From positions 33,609 through 97,608 of the forward strand of contig JAQBQD010000155.1 of the NCBI GenBank assembly GCA_028287185.1: a stretch of DNA of 64,000 bases, given 5' to 3'. Positions 1 to 14,115 of this stretch are shown one piece after another. The notes under the pieces are model-generated. The model made no database searches and was not told the DNA's origin. It worked only from the letters and a program-made list of their open reading frames with translations. How positions within the stretch are numbered: position 1 is the stretch's first letter; each line of letters begins with the position of its first letter. Made by a program: the position numbers and the translations under genes. This stretch comes from Gemmatimonadota bacterium. GTDB lineage: Bacteria > Gemmatimonadota > Gemmatimonadetes > Longimicrobiales > Longimicrobiaceae.

Positions 1-182
1 CGCTCCGTCAGCTCGTCCAGCCGCAGCAGGGTGTTCTCGTAGGTACGCGGGCCCGTGAACGCGATCAGGTCCTCCAGGTCGCGCTCGGCGCGGGCCAGCG
101 CCTCGCGCACGGCGGGCACCACGTGCTCCGGCCGCACCTGGTGGAAGGGAAAGCGGTATTCCCGCGAAAGAAGTGGGTTCAT
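1..182 (-). CDS. M3-family metallopeptidase (oligopeptidase A / peptidyl-dipeptidase Dcp-like), N-terminal fragment; gene continues beyond window start
   Basis: Minus-strand ATG (cat at 180-182) gives MNPLLSREYRFPFHQVRPEHVVPAVREALARAERDLEDLIAFTGPRTYENTLLRLDELTE, typical M3 peptidase N-terminus; ORF runs off the window edge. Confidence 0.5.
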   Translation of the reverse strand, partial: MNPLLSREYRFPFHQVRPEHVVPAVREALARAERDLEDLIAFTGPRTYENTLLRLDELTE

Positions 183-743
183 CAGTCCGTTGGTCGGTAT
201 GGGTCCCCGTCGCGAGGCGCCGTCCCCCCACGCCCGGGCGCGCCTGAAAGGAACGCCTCGCGGGATCGCGGACAAGACTGGCAGCAAGTTCGGTGCGCGG
301 CCCCGCCGCACACGCATCGTCGCAAAGGGAAACGGCCGATATGTCCAGACCCCGGGGGCCCCGCGAATGCTCCCGCGGCCCGTTTCCGGTGGAAATCATT
401 GCCGCGCAAGGCACTTTCGCCCTACACCCCGGCGGAGTGCGTCCCGGTATCCGCGGCGGTGCCGCGAACCTCGCCCGGGTCCGGTGCGGGGCGGCCATGG
501 GACACCGACGGGCGGCCCCGCCCACCGCCGGCCCGAGATTCGTGAAAGAAGTACGACGCGGGGCGCTCCAGCCGGGGGAGCGCCCCTTTCGATCGTCCGG
601 CCTGCCGATGCCGCGGAACCCGGCCGCGTGACGACTCGAGGCGGCCGGCGGATACGATGCCGCCGGATTCTCTCGTGATTCCACGACGGCCCTTCCGACG
701 CTCGTTCGATGGAGGGGTCGGGGCCCGGTGGATACGCTGCCGC

Positions 744-2243
744 CTACGCGACGCGTTCGACGGTGGAGGCCTCCTCGGAGTGCGAGGTGCCGTCGAAGTG
801 CATCGCCAGGGGCCTGTCGTCGTACGTGGTCTCCAGGTGCACGGGACGCTTCCAGATGCGCTGCACGTTGGCGAGCGTCTCGCGGGCCATGTCCAGGCGC
901 AGGGGCACGCCCTCGTAGCGGTGGGCCAGCACCAGCTCGCCGCGGTTCAGGAAGTTGGCGTCGGCCACGTCGATCCGCGGCTGCCCGAAGTTGGTGAGCA
1001 TGAAGAGCAGCTTCTCCTTCACCGCGTGGAAGTCGCGGTCGGCGATCACGTACTGCCGGGCGGCGCGGTCGTACCCGTAGGTGAACAGGCCGTGGCGCCG
1101 CACGAACTCGGGGGTCAAGAAGGCGTCGATGAAGGTCACGTCGTTGTAGTGGCGGCGCACCTCGAAGATCTTCTCCTGGCCCCGCATCTCGCCCGTGTCC
1201 CACCGCTCGCGGGCCGCGTAGTCGTCGCACGCCTCCCAGTCGGGCCCGTGGCGCCCCTTGTTCCAGCGCTCCTCCACGTCGCGCCACAGCTCGATGCCCA
1301 GCTTGTACGGGTTGAAGCGCCCCGGCGCCGGCGCCATCACCCCCGCGTGGTTGTCGGCGTAGTCGATGACCTCCGATCCTTCCAGCAGGCGCTCCGTCAT
1401 CAGCCGCGAGTGCCAGTACGAGGCCCATCCCTCGTTCATCACCTTGGTGCGGCCCTGCGGCGCGAAGTACGCGGCCTCCTCGCGCACGATGCCCAGCACG
1501 TCGCGCTCCCAGTTGCGCAGGGGCGCGTGCTCCTGCAGGAAGAGCATCACGTCGCGCTGGGGCTGCGCGGGAAAGCGCTCCTCCTTCTTCCGCTCGGCCT
1601 TCCTGCGGCGCCGGCTGGCCTCCATTGCGGCGCGGGGGTTCACGAACTCGTCCATGTAGCCCTTGGCCCGCAGCTTCGCCGGCTCCTCGGCCACCGGGTC
1701 CTCGTCCACCGGCTCCCGCGGCTCGGGCCGGCGCGAGGGCGGCGCGTTGGGGTCCACCAGGTTGTCGATCGAAAGGCACAGGTCCAGGAAGCCCTCCACC
1801 GCCTCCACGCCGTGGGTCTCCACGTAGCGCCGGATGCGCGCGGCGTGGTTGGCCATCTCGTCCACCATCCGCCGGTTGGTGCCGGCGAACATGTAGTTGT
1901 GCTTGAAGAAGTCGGCGTGACCGCTCACGTGCGCCATCACCAGCTTCTGGTCCACGAAGTGGTTGGCCGCCAGCAGGTAGGCGTAGGTGGGATCGTTGTT
2001 GATAACCATCTCGTAGATCTTGGACAGCCCGTACGCGTAGCTGCGCGACAGCTCCTGGTACTCCATCCCGAAACGCCAGTGAGGATACCGGGCGGGGTAT
2101 CCCCCGTACGCCGCCACCTCGTTGATCTCCTCCCAGTCCAGCACCTCGTAGACGATGTCGAAGAAGTCCAGCCCGAAGGCGCGGGCGTGGTGCTCCACGG
2201 CCATCTGCAGGGCCTGCAGCTCGCGCGGGGGCTCGTGCGCCAT
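744..2243 (-). CDS. spoVR: SpoVR-family protein (YcgB-like)
   Basis: 499-aa ORF, ATG at 2241-2243 (cat); sequence AHEPPRELQALQMAVEHHARAFGLDFFDIVYEVLDWEEINEVAAYGGYP... is characteristic of SpoVR/YcgB; last gene of prkA-yeaH-spoVR operon. Confidence 0.9.
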   Translation of the reverse strand: MAHEPPRELQALQMAVEHHARAFGLDFFDIVYEVLDWEEINEVAAYGGYPARYPHWRFGMEYQELSRSYAYGLSKIYEMVINNDPTYAYLLAANHFVDQKLVMAHVSGHADFFKHNYMFAGTNRRMVDEMANHAARIRRYVETHGVEAVEGFLDLCLSIDNLVDPNAPPSRRPEPREPVDEDPVAEEPAKLRAKGYMDEFVNPRAAMEASRRRRKAERKKEERFPAQPQRDVMLFLQEHAPLRNWERDVLGIVREEAAYFAPQGRTKVMNEGWASYWHSRLMTERLLEGSEVIDYADNHAGVMAPAPGRFNPYKLGIELWRDVEERWNKGRHGPDWEACDDYAARERWDTGEMRGQEKIFEVRRHYNDVTFIDAFLTPEFVRRHGLFTYGYDRAARQYVIADRDFHAVKEKLLFMLTNFGQPRIDVADANFLNRGELVLAHRYEGVPLRLDMARETLANVQRIWKRPVHLETTYDDRPLAMHFDGTSHSEEASTVERVA

Positions 2244-2246
2244 GGG

Positions 2247-3353
<1,107 letters not shown>

Positions 3354-3740
3354 GCGTCCATCCGCTGCTGTGTGGCCCCTCCACCTCCGCCGCCGCCACC
3401 CTCGCCGCCACCGACCCCGGCCCGTCCGCGCCGCCATCGTTCCACCGGTTTTTCGACGGACCGCCGCCTTGGCCGCGAGGACCGATTCCGCGAGGTGTCG
3501 CCTCGCGTAGCATCCGATTGCGAGCGTTTCCCCACATCACCGGATGGCATCGCTCCGCTCCAGGGGGATGAACCCCCCGGCTGGAACTACGATCGCGATT
3601 TCGATTGGCCCAAGCTCCGCACCGAGCCGATTTCTCGTGGTGCGTTCGTGCATCCACGGCCCTTGTCGAGCGTCGCCGGCTGCGTGAGAACACCCGTCGA
3701 CCACGTCGCGCGAACACCGACCAACCTGCCGGCCGGAGCC

Positions 3741-5798
<2,058 letters not shown>

Positions 5799-6472
5799 GG
5801 GTGCGGCTCCTTTCAGAAGCGGCGGGCACGGCGCGGCCCGCGGACGCCCGCGTGGGCGCCCGGTGAGCGGACGAGTGGCGATGGATGGTGGCGGCGGCTT
5901 CGAATGGACGAGGGGCGTGCTGCGGGCGCTCCGGCAACGGCTCCGCCGGCGCGGCGCGCCGTCCCCCGGGACCGGAGGGGCGCGCCCGGAGCAGGAGAAG
6001 ATCCCCGTCCGCGGGCTGGTGCACGCTGCTGCATGTGCTTTCTGGGGGCTGGGTTCCCCGATCGGCGGGCGGCGGCTACATCGGTAGCGGCCCGCCTTTA
6101 CCTCTATCCCCACACCGCGGCGCGAAGTTCCGCGCCTGCGGAAGCGTCCGCGCGCGGAGGACTTCCGGCGCCGGGATCTCGTCCAACCCCGCTGCATAGA
6201 GCTTGCCGGGCCGCGCAGCCCAGGCGGGGCCTGCACGGGCGACGTTCCACCGAGGCTCCGCGGACACGGATGTTTGGCAGTCCGTGCCGCATCCGGCACT
6301 CCGTGCGGGGTGCGTGGGTATCCAGCGTCCGGCCGTTGACGGTGGATGGGTTCGCTCGCTACCCTCCATCCCCGTCCGTCCATCGAACGTCCGTCGTCGG
6401 CGGATCGGGACGTGCGTCGTCCTTCCGCGCGCCGTCGACGGAATCTACCGAACGATCCCGAGCCTCGTGCCG

Positions 6473-8032
6473 ATGACCCGCATCCACCTCTCCCGCCGCC
6501 TCTGCTTCCTGCCCCTGCTCGCCTCGGCGCTCTCGCTCGCCGGCTGCGCGCACCCCCGCGCCGGGGAAGCGGCCGCTGGCGACGGCCCGCGGCTGCCCGC
6601 GCTCATGCAGCAGGTGGGCACGCCAGACGAGATCGGGCGCTGGGCGGTGGGGCGCTGCGCCGGCGCGGGCGGGCGGCAGATGGCGTGCTACGACGCGGTG
6701 CTGAACGCGGTGCTCGGCCCCCGCGGCGTGCGGCCCACCATGGAGACGCTGGCGGCCATGACGGCGCTGGACCCGGCGGTGGCGCGCGACGGGCACGTGT
6801 ACGCCCACGGAATCGGCATCGCGGCCTACAGGTCCGCGGCGGAGATGAACCGCACCTTCATGGAGTGCACGCCGCTGCACCAGTCAGGGTGCTACCACGG
6901 CGTGATCCAGGCCTACTTCGCGGACATGCAGGCGCACGGCGGGGTGACGGAGGCCTCCACGCGCGCCGCCTGCCACGAGATGGCGAACGACGCATGGCTG
7001 CTCTTCCAGTGCGCGCACGGCGTGGGGCACGGGCTCACGGCGCTGTACGGCCACGACCTGCCGCGCGCGCTGCAGGGCTGCGACCTGCTGGCCACGGAGT
7101 ACGAGCGCAACGCGTGCTGGGGCGGGGCTTTCATGGAGAACGTGGTGAGCGTCGCATCGCCGCACCACCACGACATCACCGCCGCGCTGGACCACGTCGC
7201 GGGGTCCGGCTCCGCGTCCCCCGCGGAGCCCTCCGTCTCCGGCGGGCAGGCGGAGACGGCGGGGATGGAGCACGGGGAGCACGCCGGCCACGCGGAGCAG
7301 GCATCCGCCGCCACGTCGTCCGCCGAGCACGCGGAGCACTCCGAGCACGCGGGCATGGCGGGCATGGCGGGCATGGCGGGGATGGAATCCGGCGAGCACG
7401 CGGGGCACCAGGGGATGGTTGGGACGGGTGGATCGACCGGGTCGGCCGAGCATGCGGGCATGGCAGGGATGGACCCCGGAGCGCACGAGATGGCGGGGAT
7501 GGACCACGCGGGGAACGGGAGCCCTTGGAAGGCGGTCGATCCGTCGGACCCGCTGTATCCCTGCACCGCGGTGGGAGCGCGCTACCAGGGCGCGTGCTAC
7601 AGCATGCAGACCTCGGTGATGCTGCACCTGAACGGCGGCGACGTGGCCGCCGCGGCGCGCGGGTGCGACGGCGCGCCCCTGCGGATGCGGAACGCCTGCT
7701 ACGCCAGCCTGGGACGCGACGTGAACTCCATCTCCGGCGGCAGCCGGCGCGAGGCGGCGCGCCTGTGCGGCCTGGGCAGCGCCGAGCACCGCCCGTGGTG
7801 CCACCTGGGCGTGGTGAAGAACATCATCGACGTCTCTTCCCGCGCGGACGACGGGCTGCCGTACTGCGCCTCGCTCCCCGACTCCCGCGACAAGTCGCGC
7901 TGCTACCGCGGCGTGGGCGAGGAGCTGCGTTACACCCCTGGCGACCTGTCCCAGCGCGAAGCGACCTGCCGGAAGGCGGAGCCGGGGTACGAGGCCGTCT
8001 GCCGCGAGGGGGCCGCGCTCGGGGCGAGATAG
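6473..8032 (+). CDS. Lipoprotein with about 9 Cys-containing repeats (C-x-HG-V/I-G) and a His/Met/Gly/Glu-rich insert ([13 protein letters not shown]); candidate periplasmic metal (copper)-binding protein
   Basis: ATG at 6473 ([25 protein letters not shown] = signal peptide + lipobox); the upstream part of the 609-aa ORF is Arg-rich and non-coding-like; 9-nt DNA repeat ggcatggcg x3 at about 7353-7383. Confidence 0.6.
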   Translation: MTRIHLSRRLCFLPLLASALSLAGCAHPRAGEAAAGDGPRLPALMQQVGTPDEIGRWAVGRCAGAGGRQMACYDAVLNAVLGPRGVRPTMETLAAMTALDPAVARDGHVYAHGIGIAAYRSAAEMNRTFMECTPLHQSGCYHGVIQAYFADMQAHGGVTEASTRAACHEMANDAWLLFQCAHGVGHGLTALYGHDLPRALQGCDLLATEYERNACWGGAFMENVVSVASPHHHDITAALDHVAGSGSASPAEPSVSGGQAETAGMEHGEHAGHAEQASAATSSAEHAEHSEHAGMAGMAGMAGMESGEHAGHQGMVGTGGSTGSAEHAGMAGMDPGAHEMAGMDHAGNGSPWKAVDPSDPLYPCTAVGARYQGACYSMQTSVMLHLNGGDVAAAARGCDGAPLRMRNACYASLGRDVNSISGGSRREAARLCGLGSAEHRPWCHLGVVKNIIDVSSRADDGLPYCASLPDSRDKSRCYRGVGEELRYTPGDLSQREATCRKAEPGYEAVCREGAALGAR

Positions 8033-8171
8033 CCGGATCGGGGAAGCGACACCACCGGCCGTCCGGGCCGCGCCGGTCGCGCATCCCCCAGGGAAGAGAC
8101 TACCGCAATGCCTCGTTGGCCATTACATATAACGGTATTCCGTAAATGAACCCTCTTTCCTCCGCCCTTCC

Positions 8172-9254
8172 ATGACCTTCCCATATCTCCGGAGCGCGTT
8201 CGTGATTGCGCTCACCGCGCTCGCCGGGTGCAGCGACGCCGTGACGACCCCCGTCCAGCCGGATCCGCCCGCGCCGGTGCTGGTGTCCGTGCAGTGGGCG
8301 TCCGTGTCCGCGGGCGACCAGCACACCTGCGGCGTCTCGGTGCAGGGCGCGGCGTACTGCTGGGGCCGCGGGGGTGGCGGGCAGCTCGGGACCGGGACCA
8401 GGGATTCCACGGCCGTTCCCACGCGCGTGTCGGGGGGGGTGGCGTTCGCGCAGGTGGCGGCGGGCGTCACCGGAACGTGCGCGCGCACCGCGGCGAGCGA
8501 GGTGTACTGCTGGGGAGACACGGGCCTCACGCCCCGGCTCGTCCTGGCCTCGGCCGGCGGCGTGGCGCTGCTGAAGGCACCGGGCTCGTACGGGTACGCC
8601 TGCGGCATCCAGGCCGGCGGCGCGCTCGTCTGCTGGAACCCGAGCGCGACGGCGAGCCTTGCCGGACCCTACCGCGACGCCGCGCCCGGCGCCGACTGCC
8701 TGCTGGACGGGGACGGACACGTGCTGTGCGCGCAGCACCGCCTGGTGGGCGACGACCATCCGTTCGCGGCCACGCGGGTGAACCCCACCGCAGGCGATCC
8801 CGACGCCGCGTTCGCCAGCGTCGACGGCGGCGGAGCGAGCGCGTGCGCCCTGCGCACGGACGGAGCCGCGTTCTGCACGACCCGCGCGAGCTCGGGATGC
8901 TGCCTCTCGGCCTGGGTCGACAACCTGACGGCCGTGCCCGGCGGCCACGCGTTCACCCAGGTCAGCGCCGCCGGGCTGCACGCGTGCGGGCTGGACGCGG
9001 AGCACCGCGTGTGGTGCTGGGAGCTGCAGACCACGTCCGCCGGGCCGTCTACCACCTTCCAGCTCGGCGACCCCGTGCAGGTGGCCGGCCTTCCTCCCCT
9101 GACGCAGATATCCGTGGGCTCCGCGCATGCGTGCGGAGCCACGTCCGCGGGAGACGCGTACTGCTGGGGGAGCAACCAGTTCGGACAGCTCGGCACCGGC
9201 AGCTTCGGGGGAACCGCCGCGGCGCCGGTGAAGATCCCGGGCGCGATCTCGTAG
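8172..9254 (+). CDS. RCC1-repeat (beta-propeller) lipoprotein
   Basis: MTFPYLRSAFVIALTALAGC lipoprotein signal; repeated motifs HTCGV..GAAYCWGRGGGGQLGTG / YCWG..GQLG are typical of RCC1-like repeats. Confidence 0.7.
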   Translation: MTFPYLRSAFVIALTALAGCSDAVTTPVQPDPPAPVLVSVQWASVSAGDQHTCGVSVQGAAYCWGRGGGGQLGTGTRDSTAVPTRVSGGVAFAQVAAGVTGTCARTAASEVYCWGDTGLTPRLVLASAGGVALLKAPGSYGYACGIQAGGALVCWNPSATASLAGPYRDAAPGADCLLDGDGHVLCAQHRLVGDDHPFAATRVNPTAGDPDAAFASVDGGGASACALRTDGAAFCTTRASSGCCLSAWVDNLTAVPGGHAFTQVSAAGLHACGLDAEHRVWCWELQTTSAGPSTTFQLGDPVQVAGLPPLTQISVGSAHACGATSAGDAYCWGSNQFGQLGTGSFGGTAAAPVKIPGAIS

Positions 9255-9450
9255 CCGCCGGCCGCTTCGCGCGGAGGTCCGTGGAGGGGACGGGACGTAG
9301 GGCGGCGATGTGGACGCGGAAGATTCGTGACTGGCTTGCCGCGCGAATTTCTGGGATCGAAACGGAGAAACCCAGGAGCAGTCACGGAATCCACCGTCGA
9401 GACAGAACGAAGCTCCGCACGATGGGTACCGGTCGATGAGGAGCGGCAGC

Positions 9451-9480
9451 GGGGCCGGCGAATCACGCCGGCCCCGCTTT
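9451..9480. terminator. Candidate bidirectional rho-independent terminator between convergent genes
   Basis: ggggccggcg-aatca-cgccggcccc (10-bp GC stem) followed by gcttt; lies between the 3' ends of the RCC1 lipoprotein gene (+) and thrC (-). Confidence 0.5.
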
Positions 9481-9570
9481 GCATCCGCCCATCACCCACG
9501 TTCCTCTGCTCCCGCCAATTCCGATTCCGACGATTCCGACGATCCACCGACTGGGCCGATCCTCCCCGGG

Positions 9571-10857
9571 TCAGCCGCCGGCTGCCAGCTCTCGTTTCAG
9601 CGCAGCCAGCGTGGCGTCGATCTCCGCCGCGTGGGACGGGCGCTCCAGCAGCGCGGCCAGGTCGGGCGGCACGGGAACGGGGTGGCCGACCAGGGGCTCC
9701 ACGACGCCCTCGAACTTGGCGGGATGCGCGGTGGCGACGAGGATCCAGTCCTCGCCGCCGATCTTGCGGCGGACGGCGGCGGCGGTGGCGGTGTGCGGGT
9801 CCCACGTCTCGCCCCACTCCGCCTCGCCGCGGCCGATCTCGTCGCGAATCTCGTCGTCCGTCACCGCGAACGTCCGTACGGCCTTCCGCGCGGCATCCTC
9901 CCCGCCGGCCAGGTGCACCACGCGCTCCAGGTTGCTGGGGCGGCCCACGTCCATCGCCGTCGCCAGGGTAGCCACCGTCGGCGTGCCGGGACGCCAATCT
10001 CCGCCGGCCACGAAGTCGCCGAGCGCGCGGTTGGCGTTGGTGGCCATCACCACCTCGCGCACGGGCAGCCCGCAGCGGCGCGCCCACAGCCCAGCGGTCG
10101 CGTTCCCCACGTTTCCGGTGGGGACGATGAATCCCGCGTCGCTCCCGGTCTCCGTGCGATAGCGCAGCGCCGACCACGCGAAATAGCCCATCTGCGCCAG
10201 CAGCCGCGCCACGTTGATGCTGTTGGCGCTCGTCAGCCGGCGGCTCCGCGCCAGCTCCGCGTCCGCGAACGCCTCCTTCGCCAGCCGCTGGCAGGCGTCG
10301 AAGTCGCCGCGCACCGCCAGTGCGCGCACGTTGCCGCCCCAGCAGGTGAGCTGCTTCTCCTGGCGCGGCGACACCAGCCCCCTGGGATACAGCACCACCA
10401 CCTCCATCCCCGGCCGCCCGTGCACGGCCGCCGCCACCGCGCCGCCCGTGTCGCCGGAGGTGGCGACCAGGATCGTGAGCGGCCTCGGGTCGGCGGACGG
10501 GATGCGCGCCAGGCATGCGGCCAGGAAACGCGCGCCATAGTCCTTGAAGGCCGCCGTGGGCCCGTGGAACAGCTCCAGCACCGCCGTCCGCTCCTTCAGC
10601 ATCCGCAGCGGCGTGGGAAACGACAGCGCCTCGCGGACGATGGCCGTCAGGTGCGGCGCCAGCGCATCGGCCGCGAAGAACGGCGCCAGCGTGCGCTCGG
10701 CGGTTTCGGCAAGACTTGCCTCCGGATCGAAGTCATCGGCCGACAGCTCCGGAAACGATTCCGGCACGTACAGCCCGCCGCCCGGCGCGATGCCGCGGGC
10801 GACAGCGTCGGAGAGCGTGGCGGAGTGGGACGGATCGCGCGTGCTGACGTATCGCAA
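9571..10857 (-). CDS. thrC: Threonine synthase
   Basis: 428 aa, (M)RYVSTRDPSHSATLSDAVARGIAPGGGLYVPESFPEL..., typical ThrC N-terminus; start appears to be TTG (caa at 10855-10857) with no in-frame ATG upstream. Confidence 0.88.
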   Translation of the reverse strand: MRYVSTRDPSHSATLSDAVARGIAPGGGLYVPESFPELSADDFDPEASLAETAERTLAPFFAADALAPHLTAIVREALSFPTPLRMLKERTAVLELFHGPTAAFKDYGARFLAACLARIPSADPRPLTILVATSGDTGGAVAAAVHGRPGMEVVVLYPRGLVSPRQEKQLTCWGGNVRALAVRGDFDACQRLAKEAFADAELARSRRLTSANSINVARLLAQMGYFAWSALRYRTETGSDAGFIVPTGNVGNATAGLWARRCGLPVREVVMATNANRALGDFVAGGDWRPGTPTVATLATAMDVGRPSNLERVVHLAGGEDAARKAVRTFAVTDDEIRDEIGRGEAEWGETWDPHTATAAAVRRKIGGEDWILVATAHPAKFEGVVEPLVGHPVPVPPDLAALLERPSHAAEIDATLAALKRELAAGG

Positions 10858-11054
10858 GATGTTTCTGCGGATGGGGTTCGGCGGTCGACGGTCGAGCGCG
10901 GCGGCTCGTGCGGACGCCGCGCCCGCGGGTTGGAAAACCCGGGGTTGCCGTCGGAATCAGGCCCGCCTCGCGACTCGTCGCGGCGATCGGCGGCTCGGGC
11001 GGCCGGAGGCGGCCTACGTTCGACGGCGGAGCGCGGCTCGGGCGGACGGACGGG

Positions 11055-12014
11055 TCAGCCGCTGATGGTTTCGACGATGCGCGCGCCGGGACAGTCGACC
11101 GGCGAGATCCAGGCCTCGGACTCCACGCCGGCGGCGCGGAAGGCGGCGGTCATGGCGGCGCGGACGGCGGCCGCCATGGCGTCCCCATCACACCAGGCGA
11201 AGAGGCTGGGCCCGGCGCCGGAGAGCGAGCATCCCAGCGCGCCGGCCCCGCGCGCGGCCGCCTGCACGGCGTGGAAGCCGGGGACGAGCGGGGCGCGCGC
11301 GGGCTCCACCACGTGGTCCGCCAGCGCGCGGCCGATGAGCGCCACGTCGCCCGCGAAGCAGCCGGCGACCAGGCCCGCCAGCTCCGCGGACTGGCGCACG
11401 TGCAGGGAGAGCGGGATCTGGCGCGGCAGCACGGCGCGGGCGGTGCGCGTGTCCAGGCGCAGCATGGGGTGCACCAGCACGCAGCGGATGCCGGCCGGCA
11501 CGGGCACGCGCACGATGTCCGGCGGGTCGATGGCCCGCACCAGGCGAAGGCCGCCCAGCAGGATGGGCGCCACGTTGTCGCCGTGCATGGCCCCGCTCGC
11601 CACCGCCTCGCCCACCATCGCGTAGGTGAACTGCTCGTCGACGGAGAGGGGCACGTCCAGCACCGCGCTCGCCGCCACCACGCCCGCCACGGCGGAAGAC
11701 GCGGAGCCCCCCATCCCCGAGCCCAGCGGAATCCCCTTCCGGATCGCAACCTCGAATCCGAAGGACAGTTCCAGGTCGTCGACCATCCGCAGCAGCCCCG
11801 CCGTGGCCGTGTTCGCCGCCGGGTCGCCGGGCAGGTCGCCGACGATGCCGTCCACCGACACGATCCGAACGCCGCGCTCGACGGACCGGGTGACGGTGAC
11901 GAGGTCGCCGACGGCGTCCATGGCGTGCCCCAGCACGTCGAACCCGGCGGCCACGTTGCCGATGGAGGCGGGCGCGAAGGCCGTGGCGGAGCGGAGGGGC
12001 CGGTCGGGAATCAT
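11055..12014 (-). CDS. thrB: Homoserine kinase
   Basis: ATG at 12012-12014; MIPDRPLRSATAFAPASIGNVAAGFDVLG... and GHMP-kinase motif PLGSGMGGSASSAVAG; 319 aa; the 919-aa six-frame ORF upstream of this Met is a high-GC artefact. Confidence 0.9.
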   Translation of the reverse strand: MIPDRPLRSATAFAPASIGNVAAGFDVLGHAMDAVGDLVTVTRSVERGVRIVSVDGIVGDLPGDPAANTATAGLLRMVDDLELSFGFEVAIRKGIPLGSGMGGSASSAVAGVVAASAVLDVPLSVDEQFTYAMVGEAVASGAMHGDNVAPILLGGLRLVRAIDPPDIVRVPVPAGIRCVLVHPMLRLDTRTARAVLPRQIPLSLHVRQSAELAGLVAGCFAGDVALIGRALADHVVEPARAPLVPGFHAVQAAARGAGALGCSLSGAGPSLFAWCDGDAMAAAVRAAMTAAFRAAGVESEAWISPVDCPGARIVETISG

Positions 12015-12238
12015 GGGATGTCCGTCCACGGAATCGGTGGATCGAAGGAAACTGCGTAGCGAATCCTTGCGGCATCCCGATCGTTCGATGGACGACGGGG
12101 TGCCCGGATTCGGCGTCACAGGCTGGTACCCAGCTACGATGCCAGGCGCAGGAGATCGGCGAAGATGCCGCCGGTGGTGACGCCGGGGCTCCTTTTCGGA
12201 CGGCCGCGCGCCATCCGTCCAGCGAGGGCCTCCGCCCC

Positions 12239-13927
12239 TCACCGCGGCGTCAGCTTCTCGATGCGCGCGCGGGGTACCGCGGCGAGGCACATCCGCTCGC
12301 CGGGCCGGCCCGCCAGACAGCCGCCGCGGGGCAGCGGGTCCTCCTCGTCCGTCAACCGATACACCACGCCGTCGCCCAGCCTCGCGACGGGCAGCAGGGC
12401 TACGCGCTGCGCCAGCGCCACCAAAGTGCGCGGGTAGCCGTCGGGGTCGCGGTCCAGCCAGACGAACCAGACCGGACCGTCGCCGAGGTAGTCCTCGTAG
12501 TCCTGCAGCGCCGCCGCGGTGGGCAGTGCGGGCCTGTCGCGCGGGACGATGGGCCCCAGGCGCACCGCACGGCCCGTCATCATGTGCAGGGTCCACGGAT
12601 CGTTGCTGAACACGTGGCCGGGCAGCGAGTGCGCGTGAAGCCAGCGGCCGACGTCGGACTGCCGCCAGTCGCGGGCGGCGGCCTCCTCCGCGGGGTCCTG
12701 GATCACTGCCGCCTCCGCGTCCTCCCCCGTCGCCAGCGCCACCCACACGGCGAAGACCCCGGCCGCCGCCAGCTTCAGTGCCCAGCGTGGACGGCGGGCG
12801 CGCACCCGGGCCAGCAGCGCGTGCGCCGCGCAGGCGGCGGCCACCAGCGCGGGCGCCAGCAGCGGCACCGCCAGCCGGTCGCCCACGGGGTCGATGGGGG
12901 TCAGCGTGGCGCTCGCCAGCAGCAGTGCGGCGTAGAGCACCACGTACGTCGCCGGCGGGACCAGCGGACGCAGCGCCGGCCGCACGTCCCGCATCCGCCC
13001 CGCGAGCACGGCGAGGGCGATGCCCGCCGCAACGCAGGCCGCGCCTGCGGCGATGCGCATTCCATCCGCCGACTCCGCCGGAAGGACCCAGCCGCCGAGC
13101 GTTCCCAGCAGGAGCGCGACGTTGTGCGACAGGGGGATGTGCGCCGTCTTCCGCCCGCCCGTGAGGTTGCCTGCGACGTGGTAGTTGCGCAGCGACCAGA
13201 GCACGTTCCCGGCGATGCCGATCGCGCCGAACAGCAGCGCGTCGACCGTCCGCCGCGGCCACGTCGATCCCGGGCGGAGGAGGATCAGCAGTCCGCCGGT
13301 GGCGATGCCCGCGACGCCGACGTAGCGCGTGAGCATGGCGGCGGAGCTGAGGAGGGCAGCCAGCACCAGCCGCGCGCGCCGGGGCTGGGCGTCGTAGGCC
13401 GCCAGCGCGAAGAGGGCGAGGAGGGAGAGTAGAAGGTACAGCGGCTCGGACCAGGCGTAGACCGCCACCAGCACCAGCGGCGCGCTGCGCAGGCAGGCGG
13501 CACAGACGGCGGCGGCCGTGAGCGGCGAGCGGGTGCGGCGCCACGTCCACGCACTCGCGGCCGCGGCGAGGCCTCCGAATGCCAGGGCGTTGATGTACGT
13601 GGCCGCGCGGTGTGCATCGCCCAGCAGCGCCGTTCCCGCGGCGATGGCGAGGGGAAAGAGCGGCGGCCACTCCGTGTACGCGTCGCCGTTGTAGGTGGCG
13701 AAGCCGCGCCCCTGGAGCAGGTGTCGCGCGGTGGCAAGGTACGACACCGAGTCCGGCGTGATGCGCGCGCCGAACGGGGTGCGCGCCAGCACCAGCCCCA
13801 CGCCCGCCGCGCACGCCAGCGCCGGCAGCAGGATGCCGGCGACGCGGGACACGGCTTCGCGTGCGGACGGAGATGCGGGCGCGCGGACGTCCCGGAGCGG
13901 GGCGTGCGGGGGCGGGGGAGACGGCAT
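12239..13927 (-). CDS. Polytopic membrane glycosyltransferase, PMT/ArnT-like (GT39/GT83-type), with C-terminal soluble domain
   Basis: ATG at 13925-13927 (MPSPPPPHAPLRD...); about 10 predicted TM helices, motif DSVSYLATARHLLQGRGF typical of PMT_2/ArnT-type transferases. Confidence 0.55.
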   Translation of the reverse strand: MPSPPPPHAPLRDVRAPASPSAREAVSRVAGILLPALACAAGVGLVLARTPFGARITPDSVSYLATARHLLQGRGFATYNGDAYTEWPPLFPLAIAAGTALLGDAHRAATYINALAFGGLAAAASAWTWRRTRSPLTAAAVCAACLRSAPLVLVAVYAWSEPLYLLLSLLALFALAAYDAQPRRARLVLAALLSSAAMLTRYVGVAGIATGGLLILLRPGSTWPRRTVDALLFGAIGIAGNVLWSLRNYHVAGNLTGGRKTAHIPLSHNVALLLGTLGGWVLPAESADGMRIAAGAACVAAGIALAVLAGRMRDVRPALRPLVPPATYVVLYAALLLASATLTPIDPVGDRLAVPLLAPALVAAACAAHALLARVRARRPRWALKLAAAGVFAVWVALATGEDAEAAVIQDPAEEAAARDWRQSDVGRWLHAHSLPGHVFSNDPWTLHMMTGRAVRLGPIVPRDRPALPTAAALQDYEDYLGDGPVWFVWLDRDPDGYPRTLVALAQRVALLPVARLGDGVVYRLTDEEDPLPRGGCLAGRPGERMCLAAVPRARIEKLTPR

Positions 13928-14115
13928 CCGGGCGGGAGCGGGTGGAGGACAGGCGCGGGGTGGACCCCCGCGAAGGTGTGACGGGGCTACAGGATAGCGC
14001 ACGTGAGACTGGCGCGACAGCGCGACGGGCGCCATTCTGCGTCCGGTGGACACGCGCTGGCCGCCTCCTTGCCGTTCAGCCAGCGGCGACCATCAACCCT
14101 TTGCCCGGAAACCCG

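Noticed and set aside
6271-6300. Possible sigma-54 (-24/-12) promoter TTGGCAGtccgTGCC upstream of the 6473 lipoprotein gene
   Set aside because: The spacing and the -12 element (GC instead of TTGC at the right offset) do not fit the consensus, and it lies about 190 bp from the start codon. This is insufficient evidence.
6346-9439. ORFs 6346-8145 (+) and 8228-9439 (+)
   Set aside because: Off-frame shadows of the His/Met-rich lipoprotein and RCC1 lipoprotein genes. They are Arg/Gly/Pro-rich nonsense translations.
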